DNA of 63,292 nt, counting the filler. It is 21 parts of 21 records of this genome, joined end to end, with 100 filler letters (N's around TTAATTAATTAA, not from the genome) between each part and the next. Parts side by side here need not be neighbours in the genome. Positions count along the whole stretch, not along the records: positions 19,339 to 23,488 come from SRR16133337_31123; positions 23,589 to 25,603 come from SRR16133337_31167; positions 25,704 to 28,358 come from SRR16133337_31716; positions 28,459 to 32,359 come from SRR16133337_31801; positions 32,460 to 34,530 come from SRR16133337_32084; positions 34,631 to 37,054 come from SRR16133337_32092; 15 more parts are not named here. One strand, written 5' to 3'. Position numbers and translations under genes: made by a program. This document shows, in pieces, positions 22,501-34,932 of the stretch (the stretch's first letter is position 1; the number at the start of each line of letters is the position of its first letter). Under the pieces are notes generated by a model, which saw nothing but the letters and a program-made list of their open reading frames with translations, did no database searches and had not been told where the DNA came from.

Positions 22501-23488
22501 AAAAAACGGAAATTTATTCCTCCAATGCCTAATTTTAGAGAAGAAGCTAAAAATCATCTTAAAAGTATCCTGATTTCGTTTAAAGCGAAAAATAAAGGGG
22601 TTACAAAAAATAAAAATAGAATCAAACTTAAAGGGAAAGATTCCTTTAAAGAAGTTGTACAACTCACCCCAAGAGGTCAGCTACATGAAGCAACGGTATA
22701 TGCAGGGAAAAAAGAGGTGGTGGTAAAAACAGAAAAAATAACCTCAAAATTTACTTTAGAAAAAATAGAACAAGTAACCAAACCTCTCTATAGAGAGGCT
22801 TTGTTAAAACGTTTTATAGAAAATGGGAAGGATGCGAAAAAAGCTTTTGCAGGAAAAAACAATGTCGGTAAAACCCCGATTGTTTTAGAAAATGGAAAAG
22901 AACTGCCGAATGCGGTTAAGATTCAATATTTTGAAGATCGTTATACGATTCGGAAACCCATCAATGCAACCAATTTTAAAGATTTAAAAAGTTTACAAAA
23001 AGTCGTTGATTTAGGAGTTCGGAAAATTTTAGAAAATCGTTTAAAAGAACACGATGGAAAAGCAAAAGAAGCTTTTTCAGATTTAGATAAAAATCCTATT
23101 TGGTTGCATAAAGAAAAAGGAATTTGCATCAAAAGAGTTTCTATAAAAGGAGTGAATAATGTAGAAGTATTACATGTTAAAAAAGACCATTTAGGAACTG
23201 TTATTTTAGATGGAAACGGAAGAGAACAACCTACAGATTTTGTGAGTACTGCTAACAATCATCATGTGGCTATTTATAAAGATAAAAATGGGAAGTTGCA
23301 AAATAGAGTCATGTCTTTTTATGAAGCTGTAATAAGAGCTAATGAAGGATTGCCCATTGTAGATAAAGAACACAATGCAGAGAAAGGTTGGCAATTTTTA
23401 TTTACGATGAAACAAAATGAATTATTTGTATTTCCTTCAGAGGACTTTAATCCGCAAGAAATAGATTTATTAGAGGATCAGAACCGTA
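19573..23488 (+). CDS. cas9: CRISPR-associated endonuclease Cas9 (type II-C, Bacteroidota-type), 3' partial
   Basis: RuvC-I GLDLGTTSIGWA, Arg-rich bridge helix RTLKRGARRNLQRFKLRR, RuvC-II IRVELARE, HNH EIEHILPK...DDSFSNKTL...N, RuvC-III DHRHHAMDAL. Confidence 0.98.
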
Positions 23489-23943
23489 NNNNNNNNNNNN
23501 NNNNNNNNNNNNNNNNNNNNNNNNNNNNNNNNTTAATTAATTAANNNNNNNNNNNNNNNNNNNNNNNNNNNNNNNNNNNNNNNNNNNNGGGTTTATTCAT
23601 TGATATACCGTGTACAGCCTAATTCATAGTAAACCCCGCCCCTTTGACATGTTTTTTGCCTAAAATAAGGGGTGGAGTTGGGGGTTGGGTGTGGTTTACT
23701 ATGAGATGGTGGGGGTTTTTTACTAAGGGGTTGTGGGGTGGTGGCTTGCAATTTTCAACCAATTTTTTTCTGACTTGAAAAACGTGAATAAAGTCAGAAA
23801 TTAAAAATCTGAATATTTTGTTGCTTGTACTGTACGCATGCATTTTAACCATCCTAAAGTCAGAAAGTTCGACGATTTAGCCTGTAATAATATCGCGTTA
23901 TTTTATGGGAGGCAACATACGTAGTTTTTATGTTTTGTTTCAG

Positions 23944-25377
23944 GATGTTCTTTCCTTTGAAGAGATTGGTGGTATTCACGGACTTCCCTACAAAGCATAC
24001 GATGGCGTGACGGGAGATGATCCTTATGCATCAAGCGACCCGTACTCCGCGACAGGAGGCGAAGCCGATCGGTGGGGTGGGTATTGTCAACACGGGACAC
24101 CCTTGTTTCCAACTTGGCATCGTCCTTACGTCATGCTTATTGAGCGAGCTATTAGGGTACGTATTATCGAGTTCCTTTCAGCACTATTGTCACAAAAGTT
24201 TCTCAGTTATAGTACGTATTTTTTGACAAAGCTGTATTGGTCATGTAAATTCCAAAGTTCTCTTTTTTAAATTGAGTAGATGTCTGCGAATAAGCACTCT
24301 TTTTCCAAGTACATTTTTTGTTTTGTTGGGAAGTCTCTCTTTGTGTTGACTGAGAGCCCAGACATTTCGCAAAATGTCGAAGTTTGTGGATTTTTTTGAG
24401 TTTTTGTGCCTGGACATTTCATCAAATGTCTGGGTACACGCCAGATATTTTGCGTTTTGTCCAAGCTTTTGTTGGAGTTTTTACTGGATTTTTGAAATGT
24501 CTGGGGTAGCTCCAAGACAAATCGTGAAATGTCAGGGGATATTATTTTTACAATCGTGGTGTGTCGGACATTTCATGATTTGTCCGACCACAGATATTTC
24601 ACGATTTGTCTTAGAGCTACCCCCAGACATTTCAAAGATCCTGTAAAAACCCTGAAAAAATCCTGGGCAAAACGCAAAATGTCTCAGATTATTTTGGTTA
24701 TGAACGAGTTCGCGATTGAAAAAGCATGTCTGAGATTTTTGCGGTTTTGAAAAATATAAAACCATACAGTACAAAAAAATTGTGTATTTATATACATGTT
24801 ATACAAGTCAGAAACCAGTCAAGAATTCACACTTTTCTGACTCTGGAAAAGTATTTCACACACGCATAACGAAAAGTTGTAACCGTTCGAAAATCATGTA
24901 TGTTTTGAATATCTAAAAGAAAAAAGCGTGAATTTGACTGACAAATACCAAAGTGGATGAGGCGCCTTACAGAAGCTCCAATTTGTTCTAGAGAAAACAC
25001 ACTCCCTGAAGAAATACACATAATGACATGTGAACAATGTGCACAATATACGCAATGTAAACAAATTATGCACATTGTCCACATGGTGCACATTGTATGA
25101 CTGATATGCAAAATTAGAACAAAATCAATAAATTGAGTCGAATAATATGCACAAAATGTGCACAATGTGCACAATGTGAAAATTTTATCCTTTTGGTCAT
25201 CCGAACAACAAAATTGTTATTTTTTTCAGACTGATGCACAAACTGTTTTGGAAGAGACGGAGAGTGCGATGTTGGGCTCAGTTTTTGATTCAGCAAAAGC
25301 CAGTGACGTCCTGACTGAATTGAAATCTGATACAATTCCTGAAATCGAAGCTGCTTTGAGTGCTCATGCACCTGAAG
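23944..25377 (+). CDS. Eukaryotic tyrosinase (type-3 copper protein), partial; exons 23944-24156 and 25230-25377
   Basis: CuA-site motifs IGGIHGLP...[23 protein letters not shown], with GT-AG-bounded exons joined in phase 0. Confidence 0.85.
24442..24684. repeat. Fold-back inverted repeat (about 90-bp arms) in tyrosinase intron
   Basis: 24442-24533 is the imperfect reverse complement of 24593-24684, with an inner hairpin GTCGGACA-N10-TGTCCGAC. Confidence 0.85.
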
Positions 25378-27712
25378 GTATAGTAAAAAACGTAGATGAC
25401 ATGAATTTTAGAAGTCACTTACAAATTAATTGACTCGAAAAATGACATATTATCTCCCTGTGTCTCTCAGTCTCTCTGTCTCCCTTTCTCACAACATGTA
25501 CATACAGATACATAAAATTTGCACATATACACATACACATATATTAGTCGTGTAAATTTCACAGGGCATTTTTTTCAATTGGATGGAACTTCATAACAAA
25601 TCANNNNNNNNNNNNNNNNNNNNNNNNNNNNNNNNNNNNNNNNNNNNTTAATTAATTAANNNNNNNNNNNNNNNNNNNNNNNNNNNNNNNNNNNNNNNNN
25701 NNNCATTTAGCTGCTGACCCGATAATTTTAAGGAGCTCCGGAATTTTTCATCTTTCCTTTGTGGGAACTGATCAGAAAATAAATCACAATTTCAAGATTT
25801 CGGGAAGTTAGCGGACCTAAAATTAAGGGCTTTCATACGCGGGGTTACTATGGGAATCATGGCGCAGGCCTCGGTGTTGGGGTAGCAATTAGGAGACGCG
25901 CGTACACGGTACAGTGACCCTGCATTCAATGTTATGTGTGAACAATGCAAAACAATCTAGAGGCCCCACAAAATTCAGTACACTTACCTGTATCAATTTC
26001 ATCATTGACTTCCACAGGAGGGGATGCAATAGCTAACAACACAACGCGTTATTACAATACAACACAGAACCATTTGGATTTTTTCCCATTCAAAAATGCG
26101 CCGCAGACCAGTTCCTGATAAAATCGATATACATGGTACAACAAAGCAAATTTCACCCTCCTCCTCCCACCTCCACCAGGGGTTGGAGGTAGAAAACCGA
26201 TGGTGGAGGGGGAGGTGAGAACTTTGCTATATTTTTCCAAAAAACTTCCCCCCGCACACCCTATCCCCGTATCAACTTATCGACCATTTTATGGCCGCTA
26301 ATATTCTGGACAGAATATCCGCATTGAAAAATATTCTATCAAAAATGTAGACAAAGTGTATTCCTTTACAATCTTCTTTTACACGAGTGTCAACTTACGC
26401 TAAAAAAATGGCTAGCTCTCATTGTTGAGTGAGAAACCAAACAGTTTGCTCTTTCGGAAAAATACTGGATGCCAAATTAAAATGCAAATCTGACACCAGT
26501 ACTCTTTTGCAAGTGAGTACGAGCCATGCAAAAATATTACTTGAAAGAAACGATCATCGACAATTAATTTTCGAGTAAAAAGTTTTTGGCTGACATGTTT
26601 ATCTCTGAGGAAATGCTGTAATTTGATTGGATCTCACCAACAGGATATAATTTTTGTGGAAATGGTGTAAAGATGAACGAACATTGCTGCAACTTTTCTT
26701 TGGATGCTTGAATTTGCAAATTTCTTTTTGTATTTGAAACGCATAATTTTCAGCGGAGCAATGATATTATCCAAATTTGTATTGGTCATAAATTACTCGT
26801 ATGCGATTGTACTGTAGCTTCAAAATGCAAAAGAATTTTGAAAATTCAAGCACTGCAGGCAAAGTTACAGCATTAAATGCATTCGTTACCCTCGCGAAGT
26901 CTGAAATCCGCTTTTGTTAATCCGAACTCTCCAGTGGTACAGCGGATTTCATAAGTAACGTACCCAAGATTTGATTTTTTCTGTTTTCACCCAAAAACTT
27001 GTCAAAACACTAATTTGACTCTATTTTTGATTCTACGTCAAAAATAGCCCTAGAGAGCAACTTTTTAGCTTGGATGCTTTCTGCAACCAAATTTTTTGCG
27101 ACTCAAAATGCTCAACATGTCTCGGACATTTTTTAAGATGTGAATTTTCAAATAGATTTTGTGCAAATCGCATAGCGAAATACGCTTCGGACTTTTTTGT
27201 GCTCGTGCACAGCACAAAAGTCACCATCATCGCAAAAATTTTTAACATTCCACCAAGGTGTTCACATTGACTCAAGGAGTATTCAAGCGTTTGGTGTTTT
27301 TACAACTGATTTCAGGTGGCGGAGGACAAAAGTACCCTTTACACCCGATCCGAAATGCTGTGGTACCACAAAGTTTTTGCTAAAAGGAAAACAACGAAGG
27401 AAATTAGTGAATTGAACCGAAAATAGAATGGTTTTTTGAACTCCTTGGGCCGGCACATGCGTCTTGTAGGATTGTTTTAAGTTTGAGACAATATCTTTCA
27501 AACAGAAAATAATTTTACAAAGTCGCTTTTTCTCGCTGCAATTGAAGAAAATGAGTTATTTTCGCGTGAATTGACATAATTACATCCGAATACGGCGATC
27601 ACAATTTCTGACCCGATTTCTCTCCCTGGTTTTCATAGTAAAATATTAAAATTTTGTTTTTCGTGCATCTAACAGTAAATTTTCTCCAAACTTCGCGAAA
27701 AACATTTGTATA

Positions 27713-28156
27713 CAAGCTAAATCATAGTAATACCCCTCCTCCCCTTAAACATAGGTTTTTACCCCAAAAGTAAGGGTGGGAGGGGGGTTTACTATGGGTG
27801 GTGTTGCTATGGGAGGGGTGAGGGTGGGTTGCTATGGGGTGTTTACTACGAGTGGGGTTTTTACTCATAGCAATAACCCTCGCCCACACTTAAATATGTT
27901 TTACGCCCAAAACTAAATGCAAGTCCAAACCAAGCTTAGTGGAAGTCCGAAGCATGCTCGCGACTATAATTTTGTCGACATGTTCCACTTTCCGGACTTT
28001 CAAATGCATTATTTCGACTTTTGGATACTTTATTTCGGACTTTCAATGGAACTCCAAAAAATTTTCATTTTCGGAGTAATAACCACACCACCCCCCCTTC
28101 ATGAGCCTCAAATGTAAGGCGGTGTGGAGGGGGTATTATTACTATGATTTAGCCTG
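27713..28156. mobile_element. MITE-like non-autonomous DNA transposon with TA target duplication
   Basis: Left end TA|CAAGCTAAATCATAGTAATACCCCTCC; right end GGAGGGGGTATTATTACTATGATTTAGCCTG|TA; no coding capacity. Confidence 0.75.
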
Positions 28157-28620
28157 TATGGGGGTGATTATGGGGTTGCAGATCACAGCCAAACCCCAGC
28201 CATCGAAAAAACAATGCTTTTTGCTAAACATTTACTGTTTTGCTCAATCATCCTCAAAATCGCTCATGTGGTGTTATTTTCTCCCAAGAATTGAGTTTTG
28301 CGCTCAAAAAATTTTTTTCTCGCACTTTTCAAATTTTCCCCTGGCTGAAATTGTTGTGNNNNNNNNNNNNNNNNNNNNNNNNNNNNNNNNNNNNNNNNNN
28401 NNTTAATTAATTAANNNNNNNNNNNNNNNNNNNNNNNNNNNNNNNNNNNNNNNNNNNNTGTAAACCTAAAGCAGGTCAATCCACAATTTCACATTTTTCA
28501 TTCTTCATTTTTGCCCGCCTACTGCCTACAGCTTTACTGCCTTTTTGTTCCCTTTTTTACTTCTCACAATTGCGTTTCCATTTTAAAACCGCATCTTTTG
28601 TAACTCGTCATTCTAAAAAC

Positions 28621-30333
28621 CTAACTTAATCTTACCTCTGAAACACAGGATCCTGTAGGTACCATTGGGAAAACATTGCCTTCTTTTTCAATGACTACTT
28701 CTAAGAAATAAGATTCTTTAGAGGCAATCATTTCTTTTACCGCCCCTGCCAAATCTTCTCTTTTTACAACTTGGGTCGCCTTGATATCATAGGCTTCTGC
28801 TAATTTTATAAAATTAGGATTGATCATGGCTGTGGAAGCGTAACGTTTGTCAAAAAACAATTGTTGCCATTGACGTACCATTCCTAAGAATTCGTTGTTT
28901 AAAACTACAATTTTTACGGCTGCCTTTGTTTGTAAAATAGTTCCCAATTCTTGATGGGTCATTTGATAGCCACCATCCCCAATAATTGCTACAACCTCTC
29001 TATCTGGCACTCCCATTTTAGCTCCAATTGCTGCGGGTAAGGCAAATCCCATAGTTCCCAAACCTCCAGAAGTAATATTGCTTCTCGTTTTTGTAAAATT
29101 GGCATAACGTACCGTAAACATTTGATGTTGCCCAACATCCGATACAACCACAGCATCTCCATTCGTCTCTTTATTGATTTGGTTGATTACCTCTCCCATT
29201 GTTAGCCCTTCTTTTATAGGATTTAACTGTGGGTGAATAACCGCTTCCAATTCTTCTTGGTAATAGGCTTTAAACTTCTGGTGCCAAGCCTTATGGCTGT
29301 TCTCCTTAATAAAAGGCAAAATCATACGCAAAGATTCTTTTGAGTTTCCTAATACAGCTACTGTTGTTTTTATATTTTTATCAATCTCTGATGGGTCGAT
29401 ATCAAAATGAATCACTTTCGCTTGTTTTGCATACGTATTCAAATTTCCTGTTACACGATCGTCAAAACGCATTCCGATAGCGATCAACACATCGCACTCA
29501 TTTGTTAATTTATTCGGTCCGTAATGCCCGTGCATTCCAACCATACCTACATTTAAAGGATGATTTGTTGGCAAGGCAGACAACCCTAAGATAGTCCATG
29601 CCGCAGGAATCCCTGCTTTTTCTATCAAAGCTTTTAGTAGGGCTTCTGCTTCCCCTAAAAGAACTCCTTGACCAAAAATAATAAAAGGCTTTTTAGCAGC
29701 GTTGATTAATTTAGCGGCCTCTTTTACAGAAGCTTCAGAAGTTTTTGGAACGGGTTTGTAACTTCGTATTCCAGTACATTTTTCATACGAATACTCCAAT
29801 TCTCCTAATTGTGCATCTTTTGTAATATCAATCAAAACAGGACCTGGACGTCCAGAAATTGCTATGTAAAATGCTTTTGCAATAGCCTCAGGAATGTCTT
29901 GAGCTTTTGTTACTTGGATATTCCACTTTGTTACGGGGGCAGAAATACTAATGACATCTGTTTCTTGGAAAGCATCTGTTCCTAACAAATGAGAGGCTAC
30001 CTGTCCCGTAATACAGACCAAGGGTGTAGAATCTATTTGGGCATCTGCAATTCCGGTAATCAGGTTGGTTGCTCCAGGACCTGAAGTTGCCAAAGCAACC
30101 CCTACTTTTCCAGTTGCTCTTGCGAAACCTTGTGCGGCATGTACCGCCCCTTGTTCATGACGTGTTAATACATGGTTCAATTTATCTTGGTATTTATACA
30201 GTTCATCATAGATTGGCATAATAGCTCCCCCTGGGTAGCCATAGGCCAAATCTACTCCTTCTTCTAAAAGACATCTTACTACTGCCTCTGCACCAGAGAT
30301 TCTTTCCGTTGGTTTGGTTTGTATTGTTGTCAT
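28621..30333 (-). CDS. ilvB: Acetolactate synthase large subunit (biosynthetic)
   Basis: GYPGGAI, RHEQGA, TSGPGATN, GTDAFQE, RFDDRVTG, SGGLGTMGF, ThDP motif GDGG...NN, GMVRQWQ. Confidence 0.97.
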   Translation of the reverse strand: MTTIQTKPTERISGAEAVVRCLLEEGVDLAYGYPGGAIMPIYDELYKYQDKLNHVLTRHEQGAVHAAQGFARATGKVGVALATSGPGATNLITGIADAQIDSTPLVCITGQVASHLLGTDAFQETDVISISAPVTKWNIQVTKAQDIPEAIAKAFYIAISGRPGPVLIDITKDAQLGELEYSYEKCTGIRSYKPVPKTSEASVKEAAKLINAAKKPFIIFGQGVLLGEAEALLKALIEKAGIPAAWTILGLSALPTNHPLNVGMVGMHGHYGPNKLTNECDVLIAIGMRFDDRVTGNLNTYAKQAKVIHFDIDPSEIDKNIKTTVAVLGNSKESLRMILPFIKENSHKAWHQKFKAYYQEELEAVIHPQLNPIKEGLTMGEVINQINKETNGDAVVVSDVGQHQMFTVRYANFTKTRSNITSGGLGTMGFALPAAIGAKMGVPDREVVAIIGDGGYQMTHQELGTILQTKAAVKIVVLNNEFLGMVRQWQQLFFDKRYASTAMINPNFIKLAEAYDIKATQVVKREDLAGAVKEMIASKESYFLEVVIEKEGNVFPMVPTGSCVSEVRLS

Positions 30334-30394
30334 TTTTGTGTAAATGTTGAATGGTGTAATTGTTTAATTTTTGAATCTCGTTTCTTAAAAAAAT

Positions 30395-32077
30395 TCAAAA
30401 CTTATCCGTAATACATCCTTCAGAGGCGGATGCTACCGTATTTGCATATTTATATAAAATTCCTTTGGTGTGTTTTAATACGGGTGCTATCCACTGTGCC
30501 CTTCTTTCTGTAATTTCTTCATCAGAAAGTAACACGTTGATGGTATTGTCTTCTGCACTAATTCTTATCTTGTCTCCCGTTTTCAACAATCCGATGGTGC
30601 CCCCTAATTGTGCCTCTGGCGTTATATGCCCTACTACAAATCCATGGGTACCCCCAGAAAAACGTCCGTCAGTAATTAAAGCAACCGATTTTCCTAAACC
30701 CGCTCCCATAATCATCGATGTTGGCTTTAACATTTCTGGCATTCCTGGACCTCCTCTTGGGCCTACATAACGGATCACGACGATGTCTCCTTGTTCGACT
30801 TCTCCATTTCCAATACCTGTATTTGCGGCTTGCTCTCCATCGTAAACAACTGCTTTTCCTTCAAAAAATAACCCTTCGTTTCCACTAATTTTTGCTACCG
30901 CACCTTTTTCTGCAAGATTTCCGTATAAGATCTGTAAGTTTCCAGAGGATTTTAAGGCTTTTTCTTTTGGATAAATGACCTCTTGACCGTTCTCAAAAGA
31001 AAGGGCTTCTACAGGGGCTAAATTCTCCTCCAATGTTTTACCTGTTACAGTCATACAATCGCCATATAAAAACCCTTTTTCTAACAAATATTTCATGACT
31101 GCTGGAGTTCCACCCACACCGTGTACATCTTCCATCAAGTATTTACCCGAAGGTTTTAGATTTGCAATTAAGGGAGTTCTATCACTCACTCTTTGAAAAT
31201 CTTCCAATGTAAATTCAATATCAGCAGCATGTGCAATGGCTAAAAAGTGTAAAACTGCGTTTGTGGAACCTCCCAAGGCATTTACAAGAGTAATCGCATT
31301 TTCTAAGGATTTCTTTGTGATGATATCTAAAGGTTTTAAATCCAATTCCAACAAGTTTTGAATTGCCAAAGCGGTTCGTTCACTTTCAGAAAGTTTGTTT
31401 GGGTTTTCTGCAGGAATTGAAGAATTGTAAGGCAAAGACAATCCCATTGCTTCAATGGCAGAAGCCATCGTGTTTGCAGTATACATTCCTCCACAAGCAC
31501 CTGCACCAGGAATCGCATTTTTTATAATTTCTCGATATTCTACTTCCTCTATTTCACCGGCAATTTTTTGACCTAAGGCTTCAAATACGGAAACGATACT
31601 TAGTTTTTTTCCTTTGTATTTTCCTGAAGCGATGGTTCCTCCATACATCATAATGGAGGGCCTGTTTAAACGCAACATCGCCATAAGAGCGCCAGGCATA
31701 TTTTTATCACATCCTACTATAGAAATCAAAGCATCATAACTTTGTGCATTCATTACTGTTTCGATAGAATCTGCAATAATATCTCTAGATACCAAAGAAT
31801 AATTCATTCCTGAGGTTCCCATAGAAATTCCATCACTTACACCAATCGTATTGAATATCAAACCTACTTGACCCGCTTTGTTAGATTCTTTCTTGACTTC
31901 CGTAGCCAATTTGTTCAAATGCATATTACACGGATTTCCATCATAACCTGTACTTGCAATCCCAACTTGCGGTTTGTTCATGTCCTCATCTTTCAAACCC
32001 ACTGCATAAAGCATTGCTTGTGATGCAGGTTGAGACTCATCTTGTGTCAATCTACTACTGTATTTATTTAATGCCAT
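30395..32077 (-). CDS. ilvD: Dihydroxy-acid dehydratase
   Basis: [58 protein letters not shown]. Confidence 0.98.
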   Translation of the reverse strand: MALNKYSSRLTQDESQPASQAMLYAVGLKDEDMNKPQVGIASTGYDGNPCNMHLNKLATEVKKESNKAGQVGLIFNTIGVSDGISMGTSGMNYSLVSRDIIADSIETVMNAQSYDALISIVGCDKNMPGALMAMLRLNRPSIMMYGGTIASGKYKGKKLSIVSVFEALGQKIAGEIEEVEYREIIKNAIPGAGACGGMYTANTMASAIEAMGLSLPYNSSIPAENPNKLSESERTALAIQNLLELDLKPLDIITKKSLENAITLVNALGGSTNAVLHFLAIAHAADIEFTLEDFQRVSDRTPLIANLKPSGKYLMEDVHGVGGTPAVMKYLLEKGFLYGDCMTVTGKTLEENLAPVEALSFENGQEVIYPKEKALKSSGNLQILYGNLAEKGAVAKISGNEGLFFEGKAVVYDGEQAANTGIGNGEVEQGDIVVIRYVGPRGGPGMPEMLKPTSMIMGAGLGKSVALITDGRFSGGTHGFVVGHITPEAQLGGTIGLLKTGDKIRISAEDNTINVLLSDEEITERRAQWIAPVLKHTKGILYKYANTVASASEGCITDKF

Positions 32078-32148
32078 TTCTTCGTGTTTTTATACTTTAT
32101 TTTTCTTTTGAAAATAGAATCCTTTCCAACCCAATTCAATTTGAAAAA

Positions 32149-32156
32149 CAAATGTA
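32149..32156 (-). promoter_or_regulatory. Bacteroidota -7 promoter element for the ilv operon
   Basis: TACATTTG on the minus strand, about 70 nt upstream of ilvD. Confidence 0.5.
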
Positions 32157-33884
32157 TAATTGTGTATTCACATTTTATTAATTTTTTGATTCCTTCTACG
32201 TTATTCAATTCCGTAAAACTAAGTTTTAAATACTGTAAAACAAATCTTTACATTTCTAATTCTACAATGATAAACCTATAAAAATTACGTTTGATGGTGA
32301 TACGGTGATGCCGTGATTCAGTGATGCCGTTTTTTTGTCTTGCAGTCTTGTTGTCTGTTNNNNNNNNNNNNNNNNNNNNNNNNNNNNNNNNNNNNNNNNN
32401 NNNTTAATTAATTAANNNNNNNNNNNNNNNNNNNNNNNNNNNNNNNNNNNNNNNNNNNNCTGAACAGGCATTACATCTGAATCCCCAAATGAATTTTTTC
32501 ACATTTCAGAACACGTGCAAAAATACCTCTTCAAGAGCTAATTCAAACTGGTCGAGCGGTAAGTTGACAAGTTCGTGAAATTCTTTTGTTGAAGCCGCGA
32601 CCTCTTTGTCAAAATTCGCCATTCCGAGTCACAAAATATAAAACTAATAAATAACAAAAAAACCCCCAACATATGCAATGAAAAACAACAATCAAGAAAT
32701 GTGAAATATATTTGACGACACCAAAACGAAAATACAAGACCACAGAACCCCAGAGCAATTTTTTTGGATTTTTTTAAATAAAAATTGCTGCATTTCAAAA
32801 GGACATTAACGTGATCTAATATTACAGCGACAAGGAAACCCACATCATAAAAAGTAGTTTAGAAGTAAATTTACAGTATTTCCAAAGAAAAAAATATTTA
32901 CAAAAACACTTTCACACAATCAAAAATGTATAGCCACCACATGCAAAAAAGCCCAATAACCTGCAACTTGTATTCCACTGGCCAAGGAGACACAACGACC
33001 ACTCTTACACTGCCGTCATCCGAAAACTCTCAAATTAAATTCATACGAAACATTGCCTGTGTTTGAAAACGTATTACAATATTGATGGCAATATTGCAAA
33101 ATATAGATCCATTTTTTAAAGAAAAATCACCCGTGTTTTGAAAATATCTACAAAAAATAGAGATTTTTGTTTTGAGAAGTATGAGTTGGTATTGAGCTTT
33201 GCACATCTGGCAAAGAAATACATTTTCATTTTGGAGAAAATAAATCAAAATTGTCAATTTTTATATTGTTTCACTGGTGTTGTTTGTGTGTTGTCCACAA
33301 AATTCTTTCGGGGATGTAAATTTTAACAGAATTTCGATACACAAGACAAGTGTTTTACTTGGGTGAATTCGAATGAGAGCGTCTGTGGCATAAATATTTT
33401 CAGTTTTGCTTTTTTATGGTTCAACATTTTTTATTTCAAGTTGTTTGTCCTTTTCAATTCCAACATGTCAATACAAGTTCGCACAAAGAGTAAGTAGGAA
33501 TTTATCACCAAGCTTCTTACCTTAAAATGCCCGAAGGGAACGAAAAAGTCGAGTGATGAAGAAACCGACCAAGTGAAGAGGAGTGTGGCCATGCAACCTC
33601 TCTTGTGACAACAGATATCGTTCAAAACTTCTCGTATGGTACTCAGTTATGGGACATATATTTTGTGGAGATATAAAATTGCTCCATAATTGACGACACG
33701 ATCTCCGCATTCAATACATTCTTGCCAAATTAATACACGTGTAACATAATTGTTCTTGGCAAGAATGAATATCCATGTGATAGACAAGTTTTAAAACTGT
33801 TGGACAAAAATTAAACAACTTATTTTAAAACTCAAATCAAATCATTTAATTTATATCACCAAAACACGAATACTTCTTGTAAAA

Positions 33885-34095
33885 CTATTTATTCCACCAG
33901 TAAATTACTGTAAATGCCATACAGCCTCCAATTGTGACAGACAATACAATCATATCACGTCGTTTTGCTCTTTGAATGTTTGTTATTAAATTTCCTATTG
34001 CAGGAAAACGTGAAGTAATTCCGCCTAAACGTCCAATAACTCCTTGAAATGTATGCCTCTGGGTGTCAAGTGCATCTTTTGTTTCAGCTGCCGTT
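33885..34095 (-). CDS. Terminal exon of a Golgi Qb-SNARE (GOSR1/Gos1-like)
   Basis: After acceptor tttgtag|: TAAETKDALDTQRHTFQGVIGRLGGITSRFPAIGNLITNIQRAKRRDMIVLS followed by a C-terminal TM helix and stop. RFP-x-I-x-x-L...KRRD is characteristic of GS28/Gos1. Confidence 0.85.
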
Positions 34096-34932
34096 CTACA
34101 AATAACAGAAACAACCGTATTAAGAAATGTTTGGTCCTTTATGTCTAGATAAAGAATTGCATTAAAAAAAATCATTTCACCAAACGAAAATATGACATTT
34201 TTCACAAAAAATAAACGATTTATCTGGCCACATGGCAATCAAGAAATCACACAACAGTATACATGCACAAGAAAGATCGGCAAATGAACACTTGACATCG
34301 GAACTACCTACATTAGACAAGATAGAGAAAATAAAACAAACATTTTTGGGTCTGTGCAACCACAACAACCTTATTAAGGGGTTTCTACGCCCATCCCACG
34401 GGTCATGTCACTCAGAGGGCGTTTCAGATGTAATAATCCACGTTGTTGTGATGTACGGTGGGGTGTGGAGTGCACCCCTATACGAAATTTTTTTTCGATA
34501 TTTGAATTGTGTTCCTAAGGCGTTAAACTANNNNNNNNNNNNNNNNNNNNNNNNNNNNNNNNNNNNNNNNNNNNTTAATTAATTAANNNNNNNNNNNNNN
34601 NNNNNNNNNNNNNNNNNNNNNNNNNNNNNNAGAGAGCAAAGTGTATTACACAATTCAAGGAGCTGCGTATCACATATTTTTGATGTTAAATTGTAATACC
34701 CTCACAAGAACATACTTTATATTTTTGTTCTCAGTTTCCGTGCTAATGCATTTTGCACACAATAAGTATTTCATGAAATTGTCATGATAAAAATATTGCA
34801 TACAGGACTGAAAAGTTTCCACATATCGGAAGAGAAAATGCCAACTCATCACAAGACGAAAACAATACATTTTCTACTGAGGTATAAGTGTTGAACCGAC
34901 ATGCACACAATTCAAAAAAAAGAACAAACACT

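Noticed and set aside
19629..23394. Antisense ORFs within cas9 (and similar ones within other long bacterial genes)
   Set aside because: Shadow frames of well-supported genes with no recognisable motifs.
16920..23488. IIG R-M/ATPase plus cas9 as a single defence island
   Set aside because: They are separated by an artificial spacer at 19239-19338, so the adjacency is not evidence.
19339..23488. CRISPR array and cas1/cas2
   Set aside because: Only one repeat-like sequence (the tracrRNA anti-repeat) is present; no repeat-spacer array or adaptation genes were seen in the window.
25030..25180. TGTGCACAA-like short tandem repeats
   Set aside because: Degenerate intronic minisatellite with no spacer structure.
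26400..27600. Possible decayed coding sequence on the minus strand
   Set aside because: Short broken frames with no family I can recognise.
12303..34095. Non-standard genetic code in the eukaryote as an explanation for short ORFs
   Set aside because: Reconstructed exons translate without internal stops, and TAG/TGA terminate genes at plausible positions; introns explain the fragmentation.
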